A stretch of 64,000 nucleotides of DNA from the NCBI GenBank assembly GCA_965215505.1, contig OZ244065.1:4608001-4672000 (forward strand). The letters run 5' to 3'. The DNA is from Capsulimonadaceae bacterium. GTDB taxonomy: Bacteria > Armatimonadota > Armatimonadia > Armatimonadales > Capsulimonadaceae. How positions within the stretch are numbered: position 1 is the first letter of the stretch; every line of letters starts with the position of its first letter. Positions 46,625 to 55,817 of the stretch are shown here, in pieces. The notes beneath the pieces were generated by a model that saw nothing but the letters and a program-made list of their open reading frames with translations, ran no database searches and was not told the DNA's origin. A program made the translations under genes and the position numbers.

Positions 46625-47365
46625 ATGGCAGACGACACGACAACCAACGTCAGCAGCTCGGAGCGCTGGAGTACCGCCATCCTCGGCGGCGGCCTGGCGA
46701 CCTACGGCGCGCTGACCCGCACCCCGGCGGGCCTCGCCCTGGGCGCGGCGGGGCTTTACATGATCTACCGAGGCTCGACCGGCTACTGCCCTGCCTACGC
46801 CGCCGCAGGCGTCAACCCGGCCAAATCCACCGACAGCCAGCAGGGAATCCGCGAGAAGCTGGGCGACGTGGGCATCAAGGTCGTCCACTCGGTCACGATC
46901 CTGAAGCCCGCCGCCGACCTGTACGCCTTCTGGCGCGACTTTTCTAATCTGCCGCGCATAATGGACCACCTCGAAGCCGTGACGGTCCACGACGGCGGCA
47001 AGTCGCACTGGGTGGCTAAAGCGCCTCTGGGCAAGACCGTGGCCTGGGACGCCGAGATCATCAACGAGGTTCCGGGCGAGCTGATCGCCTGGCAGTCCCT
47101 CCCCGGCGGCGACGTGGACAACGCCGGCAGTGTCCAGTTCCTGCCTGCTCCGGGCGGGCGCGGGACCGAACTGCGCGTCGAAATCTCCTATGCCCCCCCG
47201 GCGGGCAAGGTCGGCGCGACGGTCGCCAAGCTGTTCGGCGAAGAGCCGAAGAAGCAGCTCGACGACGACCTGCGCCACTTCAAGAACCTCATGGAGACCG
47301 GCGAGCGGCCCACGACCGAAGGCCAGCCCTCCGGACGCGGCCCGGACAAAGACCAGGTAAAGTAG
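46625..47365 (+). CDS. SRPBCC (polyketide cyclase-like) protein with a DUF2892-like N-terminus
   Basis: TGYCPAY; LYAFWRDFSNLPRIM.HL; WDAEI; IAWQS; DDLRHFK.LMETGE. Confidence 0.9.
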   Translation: MADDTTTNVSSSERWSTAILGGGLATYGALTRTPAGLALGAAGLYMIYRGSTGYCPAYAAAGVNPAKSTDSQQGIREKLGDVGIKVVHSVTILKPAADLYAFWRDFSNLPRIMDHLEAVTVHDGGKSHWVAKAPLGKTVAWDAEIINEVPGELIAWQSLPGGDVDNAGSVQFLPAPGGRGTELRVEISYAPPAGKVGATVAKLFGEEPKKQLDDDLRHFKNLMETGERPTTEGQPSGRGPDKDQVK

Positions 47366-47470
47366 GGGCGCGATTCATCGCGCCCTTTATCCGAAACGCG
47401 CCCTCCATTCCAAACGCGCCCTTTGTCCGAAACGCGCCCCTGATCCGAACCGCGCCCCTGATCCGAACCG
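47362..47470 (+). repeat. REP followed by degenerate TCCGAAACGCGCCC repeats
   Basis: REP at 47362-47385, then about 5 variants derived from the REP tail. Confidence 0.8.
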
Positions 47471-47494
47471 GGGCACCCAAAAGAAAGACACACT

Positions 47495-48667
47495 ATGAAA
47501 GCGCTCTGCTGGTACGGCAAAAACGACGTGCAGGTCAGTCAGGTCCCCGACCCCAAGATCCTGAACCCGCGCGACGCCATCATCAAGGTCACCTCCACCG
47601 CCATCTGCGGCTCGGACCTGCACCTCTATAACGGTTTCATCCCCTCGATGGAAAAGGGCGACATCCTGGGACACGAGTTCATGGGCATCGTCGTCGAGTT
47701 GGGGGCCGAGGTCAAGAACCTCCAGATCGGCGACCGCGTTGTCGTCCCTTTCGACATCGCCTGCGGCAACTGCCACTACTGCCAGACCGACCGGTTCTCG
47801 CTCTGCGACAACTCCAACCCCAACTCGCTCATGGCCGAGGAGCTGTACGGCTACTCGCCCGCCGCCCTCTACGGCTACTCGCACCTGTACGGCGGCTATG
47901 CCGGCGGGCAGGCCGAGTACGTCCGCGTGCCCTTCGCCGATGTCGGCCCGATCAAGGTGCCCGAAGGGCTGACCGACGAGCAGGTGCTGTTCCTGACCGA
48001 CATCTTCCCGACTGGCTACATGGCGGCGGAGAACTGCGGCATCACGCCCGGCGACACCGTCGCCGTCTGGGGCTGCGGGCCGGTCGGCCAGTTCGCCATC
48101 CAGAGCGCCTACCTGCTCGGCGCGGACCGCGTCATCGCCATGGACCACATCCCCGAGCGTCTGGCGATGGCCCGCGACAAGAGCAAGGCGGATGTGGTGA
48201 ACTATGAGGAGCAGGACAATCTGTTTGAAACGCTCAAAGAGATGACCGGCGGGCGCGGCCCCGACCACTGCATTGACGCCGTCGGCCTGGAAGCGCACGG
48301 CACCGGCCTGGGCAACATCTACGACAAGACCAAGGAACTGGCACGGCTCGCCTCGGACCGCTCCAACGTGCTGCGTCAGGCAATCCAGTGCTGCGGCAAG
48401 GGCGGGACCGTCTCGCTGCCGGGCGTCTACGGCGGCTTCCTGGACAAGTTCCCGATGGGCGCGGCCTTCGCCAAGGGCCTGACCTTCAAGATGGGCCAGA
48501 CCCACACCCAGCGGTATCTGAAGCCGCTGCTGGCCCGCATCGAGAAGGGGGAGATCGACCCGACCTTCGTCATCACGCACCGCATGAAGCTGGACGATGC
48601 GCCGGAAGGGTACAAGATCTTCAAAGAGAAGAAGGACGACTGCATCAAGGTGGTGCTGACGCCGTGA
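47495..48667 (+). CDS. Zinc-dependent alcohol/formaldehyde dehydrogenase-like MDR
   Basis: [40 protein letters not shown]. Confidence 0.93.
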   Translation: MKALCWYGKNDVQVSQVPDPKILNPRDAIIKVTSTAICGSDLHLYNGFIPSMEKGDILGHEFMGIVVELGAEVKNLQIGDRVVVPFDIACGNCHYCQTDRFSLCDNSNPNSLMAEELYGYSPAALYGYSHLYGGYAGGQAEYVRVPFADVGPIKVPEGLTDEQVLFLTDIFPTGYMAAENCGITPGDTVAVWGCGPVGQFAIQSAYLLGADRVIAMDHIPERLAMARDKSKADVVNYEEQDNLFETLKEMTGGRGPDHCIDAVGLEAHGTGLGNIYDKTKELARLASDRSNVLRQAIQCCGKGGTVSLPGVYGGFLDKFPMGAAFAKGLTFKMGQTHTQRYLKPLLARIEKGEIDPTFVITHRMKLDDAPEGYKIFKEKKDDCIKVVLTP

Positions 48668-48790
48668 CCTCTCCCCGCCGCAAGCGGCGACCCTCCCCTG
48701 TTAAGGGAGGGTAAAAAGGGAAGCGTTCGTTTGCGCCTTCTTCACCCTTCCCTAACAGGGAAGGGTCGCCACTTGCGGCGGGGAGAGGTC
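48666..48790. repeat. Palindromic element with ~47-bp inverted repeats, related to 14889-15061
   Basis: 48666-48712 versus 48744-48790, about 4 mismatches; same CCTCTCCC...CCCTCCCCT...GG(G/A)AGGG layout. Confidence 0.85.
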
Positions 48791-48798
48791 CGCCACCC

Positions 48799-49845
48799 AT
48801 GAACAAAACCACCCGAAACATCCTGCTCCTCTCCGGCCTCGCCCTTGCCGCCCGCGCCCTGCTCCAGAAGAGCCGCGAGGCGGACCTGACCGATCAGGTC
48901 GTACTCATCACGGGCGGCTCGCGCGGCCTGGGCCTGGCCCTCGCCGCCGAGTTCGGGCGGAAGGGCGCGAAACTCGCCCTCTGTGCCCGCGATGCCGGGG
49001 AACTCCAGCGCGCGAAGGGGAAGCTGGCGGGGGAGGGGATAGACGCCTACACCGTCGTCTGCGACCTGACCGACACGGCCCAGGTGGGGCGGCTCATTTC
49101 GGACGTGACGGCCTACTACGAGCGCATTGACATACTGGTCAACAACGCTGGCATAATTGAGGTGGGGCCGGTGCAGAACATGGCCCGGTCGGATTTTGAA
49201 GACGCCCTGGCCGTGGACTTCTGGGGTGTTCTGGACCCCATCCTGGCCGTCCTGCCGCAGATGCGGGCACGAAGAAGCGGCCGTATCGTCAACATCACCT
49301 CCATCGGCGGTAAGGTCGCCTTCCCGCACTTGCTGCCGTATGTCGCCGCCAAGTTCGCCGCCACGGGTCTGTCCGAGGGCCTGCACGCCGAGCTGAAGCG
49401 CGACGGCATCACCGTCACGACCATTGTCCCCGGCCTGCTGCGGACCGGCTCCTATGGGAACGCCCTGTTCAAGGGGAAGAAGGCCGGCGAGTACGCCTGG
49501 TTCAGCCTCGGCGACAACCTGCCCGGCGGCTCCATCTCCGCCGCACGCGCGGCGTGCGAGATCGTCACGGCGACCCGGCGCGGCGAAGCGGAGCGCATCC
49601 TGTCCATACCCGCGAACCTTTTGGCCCGCCTGCACGGCCTGGCCCCCGCGAATACGGGCGGCCTGCTGACATTGATAAACAACCTCGCCCTGCCCGCGCC
49701 CACCGAGGAGCCGGAAGGCTTCGCGACTTCCAAAGGCGAGGATGTAGACCCGGACGTCCCCGCCCGCCCGCTGTTTGAAGCGGCGACCGTCCTGGGCCGG
49801 GCGGCGGCGGAGGGGCTGAACCAGAAGACCGACCAAGACCAGTAG
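48799..49845 (+). CDS. Short-chain dehydrogenase/reductase
   Basis: TGGSRGLG, NNAG, S, YVAAK. Confidence 0.92.
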   Translation: MNKTTRNILLLSGLALAARALLQKSREADLTDQVVLITGGSRGLGLALAAEFGRKGAKLALCARDAGELQRAKGKLAGEGIDAYTVVCDLTDTAQVGRLISDVTAYYERIDILVNNAGIIEVGPVQNMARSDFEDALAVDFWGVLDPILAVLPQMRARRSGRIVNITSIGGKVAFPHLLPYVAAKFAATGLSEGLHAELKRDGITVTTIVPGLLRTGSYGNALFKGKKAGEYAWFSLGDNLPGGSISAARAACEIVTATRRGEAERILSIPANLLARLHGLAPANTGGLLTLINNLALPAPTEEPEGFATSKGEDVDPDVPARPLFEAATVLGRAAAEGLNQKTDQDQ

Positions 49846-49853
49846 TGGGAACG

Positions 49854-51014
49854 TCAACGATAGACGCTGCGCGTCAGGGCAACGTCTCGGGGCAAGGCCG
49901 GTCGCGCATCCGGTGTAAGCCCCTGGTTACGACGCAGGATGGCGGCGAGGGCGGGACGCATCCTGCCTTCCAGAAGAAGACGGCACAGGTGCGTGTTGGC
50001 CGCCAGCGCGTCGGCCAGAGTTTCCTGGCCCTTGTCCGAGATGCCGTTGCCGCGCAGGTCCAATGATTGGAGCCTTGGGTTCCGCGCCAGCGCGGACGCC
50101 AGCGCCGCCGCGCCCGCATCGCCCAGATTGTTTGGCGATGCCCCCAAGACGCGGGTTGAAGGGCTATGTCCCAGGTCAAGTGTAGTGAGCGTGGGGTGTA
50201 CGCCGATCACTTGCGCGAGGACTTCCCCAGACCGAGCCGTCAGCCCGTTGCTCGCCAGCCCTAGCTCCTCCAGCCCCGCGTTCTCCCGCAAGGCTCCAGC
50301 GATCAACGCCGCGCCTTCATCCCCCAGATGACCGACATTCAGCAGCAGTGCTTTAATGCTCTGGTTGGCCCGCAGGAGGGCCACCAGCCGGGGCGCGTCG
50401 CCCGGCCCCAGCCCGTTCCCGCCCAGGTACAGGCGCTCCACCGTCCGGTTCCCCTCCGTCAAAGCGTCCAGCAGGGCGGCGGCCCCGTCCGGCCCGATCT
50501 GCGTGTTGACAAGGTCCAGCGTCCGCAGGGTCCGGTTACGCCGCAGCATGTCGGCCAGCATCCGGGCACCCTCCGCGCCGAGGGGGTTGCGCTTGAGCCA
50601 CAGCCCGCGAACGGCCGCATCGGCGGACAGGGGCCGGGCCAGTGCGAAGGCCCCGTCGGGTCCGATCTTGTTGCAACCGAGGTAGAGCGTTTCCAGGGCG
50701 GCGTTCTGCCCGACCAGCCCGGCGACGTCCGCCGCGCCCGCGTCGCCGATGCCGTCCGTGCCCAGCATCAGGCTGACCACCGATGTGTTCCCGGCCAGGG
50801 CGGCGACGATCGTCCGGCACCCGGCGGGTCCCAAGGACTGCTTGCATAGGTCCAGCCGACCGTCCAGCGTCAGGGTGCCGCGCGGGAACGTGATCGGCGC
50901 GTCCGAGCGCGCACCGCCCCGCAAATGGTCTACGAGGGGCCACAGTTCGGCGGGGTCGCACGGGACGATATCGGCCACGGTATAAAGGGGGCAGTGCGGG
51001 GCGTCGTGTGTCAT
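49854..51014 (-). CDS. Ribonuclease-inhibitor-type (28-residue) leucine-rich repeat protein
   Basis: About 9 repeats of L..L.L..N.IG..GA..LA..L..N; N-terminal FPRGTL..DGRLDLCKQ.LG. Confidence 0.88.
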   Translation of the reverse strand: MTHDAPHCPLYTVADIVPCDPAELWPLVDHLRGGARSDAPITFPRGTLTLDGRLDLCKQSLGPAGCRTIVAALAGNTSVVSLMLGTDGIGDAGAADVAGLVGQNAALETLYLGCNKIGPDGAFALARPLSADAAVRGLWLKRNPLGAEGARMLADMLRRNRTLRTLDLVNTQIGPDGAAALLDALTEGNRTVERLYLGGNGLGPGDAPRLVALLRANQSIKALLLNVGHLGDEGAALIAGALRENAGLEELGLASNGLTARSGEVLAQVIGVHPTLTTLDLGHSPSTRVLGASPNNLGDAGAAALASALARNPRLQSLDLRGNGISDKGQETLADALAANTHLCRLLLEGRMRPALAAILRRNQGLTPDARPALPRDVALTRSVYR

Positions 51015-51030
51015 AGCCTTATCGATAGTC

Positions 51031-52356
51031 TTACCAAGGGTGGGGCGCGTAGTCTTTGAGGAAGTGTCCGAACGGGGGCGTGGCTTCTTCGGTCAGGCCC
51101 CGCACGATGGGGTCGTAGATGCGCGCCATGCCGTCCGTGCTGTCGAGCGGCGTCCAGACCCCCCGTTTCTCCTGGAGGTGCGTCCTGCGCGGGTGCGGGT
51201 TCTCGTCCGTCACCCAGCCCGTGTCCACGCTGTTCATGTAGATGCCGTCCCGCGCGTAGTCGGCGGCCGAGGTGCGCGTCATCATGTTCAGAGCGGCCTT
51301 CGCCATGTTCGTGTGCGGGTGGAAGACCGTCTTGCTTTCGCGCCCGAACTGGCCTTCCATCGCGGACACGTTGACGATGAACCGGCGCGCGAATGGGGAC
51401 CGCAGCAGCAGCGGTTTCAGGCGGGCGTTCAAGAGGAACGGCGCGACGGCGTTGACGACCTGGACTTCCAGCATCTCGACCGTCTCGATCTCATCCAGGC
51501 GCAGACGCCAGCTATTCGTGGGCCGCGTGTCAACCTGCTGGCCGTCCCGGTCATAGCGGCCCGGCGGGAAGTGGTCCATCAGTTCCAGCCCCGCGCCCGC
51601 CGCCTCCGGCCCCGCCTCTAGCTGCGGCAGTGCCCGCTCCTCTGCCAGCAGATGCCGGTAGAAGGCGGGCGGTCGCCGGATGGTCTGGGCGGCGTTGTTG
51701 ATCAGGATGTCCAGGGCCGGCTCCGAGGCGAGCAGATCGCGGGTGAACTCCTCGACGGCGGGCAGGCGGCGCAGGTCCAGCCCTTCCAACCGGAGCCGGT
51801 CCTGCCACTGCGGCCGGTCAGATTCGGCCTCGAAGCGCCGGGCGGCGTCGGCCGGGAACCGCGTCGTGACGATGACCCGCGCCCCGTCGCGCAGCAGGCG
51901 CAGGGCGACCTGATAGCCGATCTTGATCCTGCCGCCCGTGACCAGGGCGACGTGGCCCGTCAGGTCCGCCGTTTGGAGCCGCTTGCGGGCGTTCAGCGCG
52001 GCGCACGCCGGACACAGCAGGTGGTAGAACGGGTGAACGGCGGAGTAGGCCGCCTTGCAGACGTAGCACCGCGCCGGAGTGTTCAGCGTCCCCAGCGTCG
52101 TCACGGCCCCATCCGTCAGGGCGGGCAGGACTTGTGCGTCCTGATGCGCCTGCACCATGGCCGTGCCCGCCTTGAGCCGCCGGTCTTCGGCCCGCCCGTC
52201 CTCCTGCGCGGCCCGGCGTGCGCCCTTCTTGCCGCCCCTGTGGATTTTGGCGATCAGGCCCTTCATCCGGTCATGGTCGCGGATCAGGTCCGGGTCCTCG
52301 GAGACTCGCTGCAAGACGCGCAGGCACGCCTCCATCTCGTCGGGCGCGATGCTCAT
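51031..52356 (-). CDS. Atypical SDR oxidoreductase with an N-terminal CxxC-CxxC zinc ribbon
   Basis: CYVC..CPAC, TGGRIKIG, TTRFP, INNAAQT, HPHTNMAKAALNM, VDTGW. Confidence 0.88.
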   Translation of the reverse strand: MSIAPDEMEACLRVLQRVSEDPDLIRDHDRMKGLIAKIHRGGKKGARRAAQEDGRAEDRRLKAGTAMVQAHQDAQVLPALTDGAVTTLGTLNTPARCYVCKAAYSAVHPFYHLLCPACAALNARKRLQTADLTGHVALVTGGRIKIGYQVALRLLRDGARVIVTTRFPADAARRFEAESDRPQWQDRLRLEGLDLRRLPAVEEFTRDLLASEPALDILINNAAQTIRRPPAFYRHLLAEERALPQLEAGPEAAGAGLELMDHFPPGRYDRDGQQVDTRPTNSWRLRLDEIETVEMLEVQVVNAVAPFLLNARLKPLLLRSPFARRFIVNVSAMEGQFGRESKTVFHPHTNMAKAALNMMTRTSAADYARDGIYMNSVDTGWVTDENPHPRRTHLQEKRGVWTPLDSTDGMARIYDPIVRGLTEEATPPFGHFLKDYAPHPW

Positions 52357-52380
52357 GGTTCCGCCTCATCGGGGGTAAAT

Positions 52381-52453
52381 GGGGGCCGGAAGGAATCGAA
52401 CCTTCATCCTCGGGATTTGCAGTCCCGCGCTCTTCCTTTGAGCTACGGCCCCC
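52381..52453 (-). tRNA. tRNA with GCA (Cys) anticodon and atypical acceptor end
   Basis: (G)GGGGCCG-TA-GCTC AAAGGAA GAGC-G-CGGGA CTGCAAA TCCCG-AGGAT-GAAGG TTCGATT CCTTC-CGGCCCC(C); no encoded CCA. Confidence 0.85.
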
Positions 52454-52474
52454 ACGAGGGAAAAGAGGCTTGCT

Positions 52475-52547
52475 GGAAACGGGCGGGACTCGAACCCGCA
52501 TCTCCCCCATGAAGTGGGGGGCGTTTTTCCGCTAAACTACCGTTTCC
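52475..52547 (-). tRNA. tRNA-like gene with a non-canonical anticodon arm
   Basis: (G)GAAACGG-TA-GTTT AGCGGAA AAAC-G-CCCCCC ACTTCAT GGGGG-AGAT-GCGGG TTCGAGT CCCGC-CCGTTTC(C). Confidence 0.7.
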
Positions 52548-52695
52548 GCAGCCACAATGCTCTTTCGACGGCCGCCGTCCGATGACCTCCCTGCTGCTCG
52601 TCCTGCCCCTTGTGGCGAGCTGGCTTTCGTGATACAATGGCAACAGTCTCGTGTTCCGAAGGGATCTGCCCGCCATGAACCACGGATTTTCTCAG

Positions 52696-53283
52696 ATGTC
52701 CACACCGCCTCCGGGCTACGGCGCTCCGCCCCCCGGCTATGTCCCCCCGCCCGGCTATGGGTATCCCCCGCCCAAGAAGAACAACACGGCGACCGTGGTC
52801 ATTATCGTGATTGCGTCCATCTTTGGGGGCGGCATCTTCGTCGTCGCCATCCTCGCCGCGATCCTCTTCCCGGTCTTCCAGAAGGTGCGCGGCAACGCCC
52901 GGCTGACCTCCTGCGAGTCCAACGTCAAGCAGATCGAGCTTGGCCTGATCCAGTATGCCTACGACAACAACAACAAGTTCCCGGCGGGCGACTACAAGGC
53001 GGCCATCATGCCATATACCAAGAGCGAGTCGCTGTTCCACTGCCCCGCCGACACTGTCACGGGGGGTGCCTCGGACTACTCGCTCAACCCAAGCCTCCAG
53101 GGCGTCAGCCTGGCGAAGCTCTCCGACCCGGCGAACACCGTCGCGATCTATGAGGGCAGCAACCGGACGCTCGACTTCCGCCACGAACACACGGGCGGCA
53201 ATGTCGCGGTGGTTGGGTTCGCGGACGGCCATGTCAGAGCCGTCTCCGCGCAGCAGGCGAAGTCCCTGCGCTGGCGGCCCTGA
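52696..53283 (+). CDS. DUF1559-like protein with an H-X9-DG motif
   Basis: AILAAILFPVFQKVR.NAR..SC.SN.KQI.LG..QY..D; RH...NVAVVGFADGHV; PPPGYG N-terminus. Confidence 0.88.
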   Translation: MSTPPPGYGAPPPGYVPPPGYGYPPPKKNNTATVVIIVIASIFGGGIFVVAILAAILFPVFQKVRGNARLTSCESNVKQIELGLIQYAYDNNNKFPAGDYKAAIMPYTKSESLFHCPADTVTGGASDYSLNPSLQGVSLAKLSDPANTVAIYEGSNRTLDFRHEHTGGNVAVVGFADGHVRAVSAQQAKSLRWRP

Positions 53284-53354
53284 GCGGCACAGACAGAGAA
53301 GGCCCGGAGGGATAAAAAGCCGGTGGGATGAGCAGAACAAACGGGAACAGATGA

Positions 53355-53434
53355 GGGCGAACACAAGGTTCGCCCCTACGGGGCAGGCGGACAGGACAGA
53401 TGGGCGGGTGTAGGGGCGAACCTTGTGTTCGCCC
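53355..53434. repeat. Inverted REP doublet (REPIN)
   Basis: Exact GTAGGGGCGAACCTTGTGTTCGCCC at 53410-53434 and its reverse complement at 53355-53379. Confidence 0.9.
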
Positions 53435-53471
53435 TTTTCCCACGGTGTACGCCCGGTTTCTCCTCTTGGCG

Positions 53472-53526
53472 TCACTCCGCTCCGGCAACATCACTCCGCC
53501 CCGGCAACATCACTCCGCCCCCGGCA
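53472..53526. repeat. 19-bp tandem triplication of the histidine kinase gene end
   Basis: TCACTCCGC(T/C)CCGGCA(ACA) at 53472, 53491 and 53510. Confidence 0.8.
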
Positions 53527-54994
53527 GTGTCACCGTCACGGTCGTGCCTGCGCCCAGGGCGCTGGCGAACGCTATCGTCCCCCCGTGCGCCTCGGCGATG
53601 CTCCGGGCGATGGACAGGCCCAGGCCCGTCCCGCCGTCGAGCCGGGCGCGGGCGCTGTCCACGCGGTAGAACCGCTCGCCCAGGTGCGGCAGGTGTTCGG
53701 GCGCGATGCCGTCCCCGGTGTCCGCGACCGCGACGACGATCTGCTCGCCGTCGCGCCGGGCGCTCAGGCTGATCCGCCCCCCGGCGGGCGTGTGCCGGGC
53801 CGCATTCGTCAGCAGGTTCGTGAACAGGCGCACCAGCTCTTCCTCGTTCCCCGGAACGGACAGCGCCTCGTCTTGGAGCGAGAGGCAGACGGCGGCCTCG
53901 GGGCGCGGGACGCGGGCGACGGCCCGCTCCAGCACCTCGCGCAGCAGCAATTCGATCCGGCCCTGGCCGAGCCGCCCCGCGTCCGACTGCGCCAGCAGGA
54001 TCAGGTCCCGCACCAGCCGCGACATCGTCTCCGCCGCCATCCCGATCTCCCCCATGGCGGAATGATACTCGGACAGGTCGGGGTGGCCCGAGAGGGCGAG
54101 GCTGGTGTTGCCCTGGATGATCGTCAGCGGCGTCTTCAGCTCATGGGAGGCGTCGGCGGTGAAACGCCGCTGCTGCTCGATCAGGCGCTGCTGCCGCCCG
54201 AAGGCGGTTTCGAGCCGCCCCAGCAGGCCGTTGAAGGTGTCGGCAAGCTCCGAGAACTCGTCACTGCCCGTCACCGGCAGCCGCTCGGACAGGTCGCGCG
54301 CCCCGATCTTCCCCGCCGCCTGCGTCAGCCGCCGCACCCGCAGCAGCACGCGGTCGGTCAGCAGGGCACCGACCAGGCCCGCACACAGGAGGGCGACGGG
54401 CAGCAGCAGGAGCAGGGCGCGGTCCAGCCCGCGCAGGGCGCGGCCCACGTCGGCCAGCGGGTAGGGGACCTGGATGACGCCCTCGGCCGGCCCTTGCCGG
54501 GGGAACGGGCGGGACAGAATTCGAACCGGGTCGCCATTCAAAACAACCGTAGAGTAGTTCATCTTCCCCCCTGCGGCGGCGAGGAAGGCGGGCGGGTCCC
54601 AGAGCGGTTCCTCCGACTGATCGGGGTTCAGGGAGCGCCCGGTCAAGTCGAACCGGCGCGGTCGGTAGGGGTTGTTGTCGAAGCGCGGGGCGCGGTTCTC
54701 GTGCGGCCCTCCCCCGCGCCCTTCCTGGGGGGGGCGTTGGTCGGACCGCTCCCCCGACGGGCGGGGGGGCGGTCCGGGGGGCTGGCCCCCGCGCCCCCGG
54801 TCCATCATCGGGCGCGTGCGCGCCTCCAGTTCGCGGTCCACGGAGGCCATGATGGTGGAGCGGACGAGGGTGCGGACGACGACGCCCAGCGCCCCGAGGA
54901 GCAGGGCCAGGGCGACGATGTTCCACCAGACGAGCTGGGTGCGGACGGACTGCCGCCGGCGCGGCATGACTGTGGGATGGGGTACGGCTGTCAC
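53510..54994 (-). CDS. HAMP-domain sensor histidine kinase
   Basis: Two TM helices, HAMP, DASHELKTPL, NLLTNA, DTGDGI, GTGLGL. Confidence 0.95.
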   Translation of the reverse strand: MTAVPHPTVMPRRRQSVRTQLVWWNIVALALLLGALGVVVRTLVRSTIMASVDRELEARTRPMMDRGRGGQPPGPPPRPSGERSDQRPPQEGRGGGPHENRAPRFDNNPYRPRRFDLTGRSLNPDQSEEPLWDPPAFLAAAGGKMNYSTVVLNGDPVRILSRPFPRQGPAEGVIQVPYPLADVGRALRGLDRALLLLLPVALLCAGLVGALLTDRVLLRVRRLTQAAGKIGARDLSERLPVTGSDEFSELADTFNGLLGRLETAFGRQQRLIEQQRRFTADASHELKTPLTIIQGNTSLALSGHPDLSEYHSAMGEIGMAAETMSRLVRDLILLAQSDAGRLGQGRIELLLREVLERAVARVPRPEAAVCLSLQDEALSVPGNEEELVRLFTNLLTNAARHTPAGGRISLSARRDGEQIVVAVADTGDGIAPEHLPHLGERFYRVDSARARLDGGTGLGLSIARSIAEAHGGTIAFASALGAGTTVTVTLPGAE

Positions 54995-55677
54995 TGCCCC
55001 GCCTCCACGTCCGGCACGCGCAGGGTGTAGCCCAGGCCGCGCACCGTCTGGATCAGCTTGCGCGCGTGCCCGGCGTCTATCTTCTTGCGGAGCATCCCGA
55101 TGTAGACGTCCACGGTGTTGGAGTACGAGTCCTCGTCCATCCAGATGCGCTCCTGGATGACCTCGCGGGTCAGCACCTGGCTTTCGTGGGCGGCCAATGC
55201 CTCCAGAAGCTCGTACTCCCGGTGGCTCAGGCCGACCTCGACGCCCGCCCGCGTCACCAGCCGCTGACCGGTGTCAATCACCAGGTCGTCCACCTGGATG
55301 ACGCGCGCGCGATGCACCCGGTCCCGCCGCAGCAGGGCGCGGACTCGCGCCAGCAGCTCGGGGAACTCGAACGGCTTGGGCAGATAGTCGTCCGCCCCCA
55401 GGTCCAGGCCCCGGACCCTATCGGGCACCGAGTCGCGCGCCGTCAGCATCAGGATGGGGATCTGACTGCCCTGCGCCCGCAGAGCCTCGCACACCTGCCA
55501 GCCGTCCAGGCCGGGCACCATCAGGTCCAGGAGCAGGAGGTTGTAGGTCTTCTCCTGAGCCATCTCCAGGCCCTGACGCCCGTTCGCCGTCGCCTCCACC
55601 GAATAGCCGGCGTCTTCCAGGCCCCGGCGGATCAGGCGCGCGATGCCCGGCTCGTCCTCGATCAGCAGGATTTTCAT
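54991..55677 (-). CDS. OmpR/PhoB-family response regulator
   Basis: IEDE, LDLMVPG, LTARD, GADDYLPKPF, QTVRGLGY. Confidence 0.95.
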   Translation of the reverse strand: MKILLIEDEPGIARLIRRGLEDAGYSVEATANGRQGLEMAQEKTYNLLLLDLMVPGLDGWQVCEALRAQGSQIPILMLTARDSVPDRVRGLDLGADDYLPKPFEFPELLARVRALLRRDRVHRARVIQVDDLVIDTGQRLVTRAGVEVGLSHREYELLEALAAHESQVLTREVIQERIWMDEDSYSNTVDVYIGMLRKKIDAGHARKLIQTVRGLGYTLRVPDVEAGQ

Positions 55678-55699
55678 GGCGTGATTGTGCCTGGGCAAG

Positions 55700-55763
55700 A
55701 TGAAAGGAACATGAAAGCCGTTTTGCGGCCGTTTCGACGGGGCCGCTTTCATGCGGTTTTCAT
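55700..55763. promoter_or_regulatory. Two oppositely oriented OmpR-type tandem boxes
   Basis: ATGAAA-N5-ATGAAA at 55700-55716 and TTTCAT-N5-TTTCAT at 55747-55763. Confidence 0.65.
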
Positions 55764-55817
55764 GTGCTTGCCTGATACTGTTTCCAGCGCACCCGAGGCG
55801 CAGCAGAGGAGAACACA

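Noticed and set aside
52475-52547. Calling the second tRNA a tRNA-Sec or opal suppressor because of CTTCA
   Set aside because: There is no long variable arm, the loop geometry does not place TCA at positions 34-36, and no sel genes are nearby.
52381-52547. tRNA genes as a prophage or genomic island attachment site
   Set aside because: No integrase and no duplicated tRNA 3' end seen in the window.
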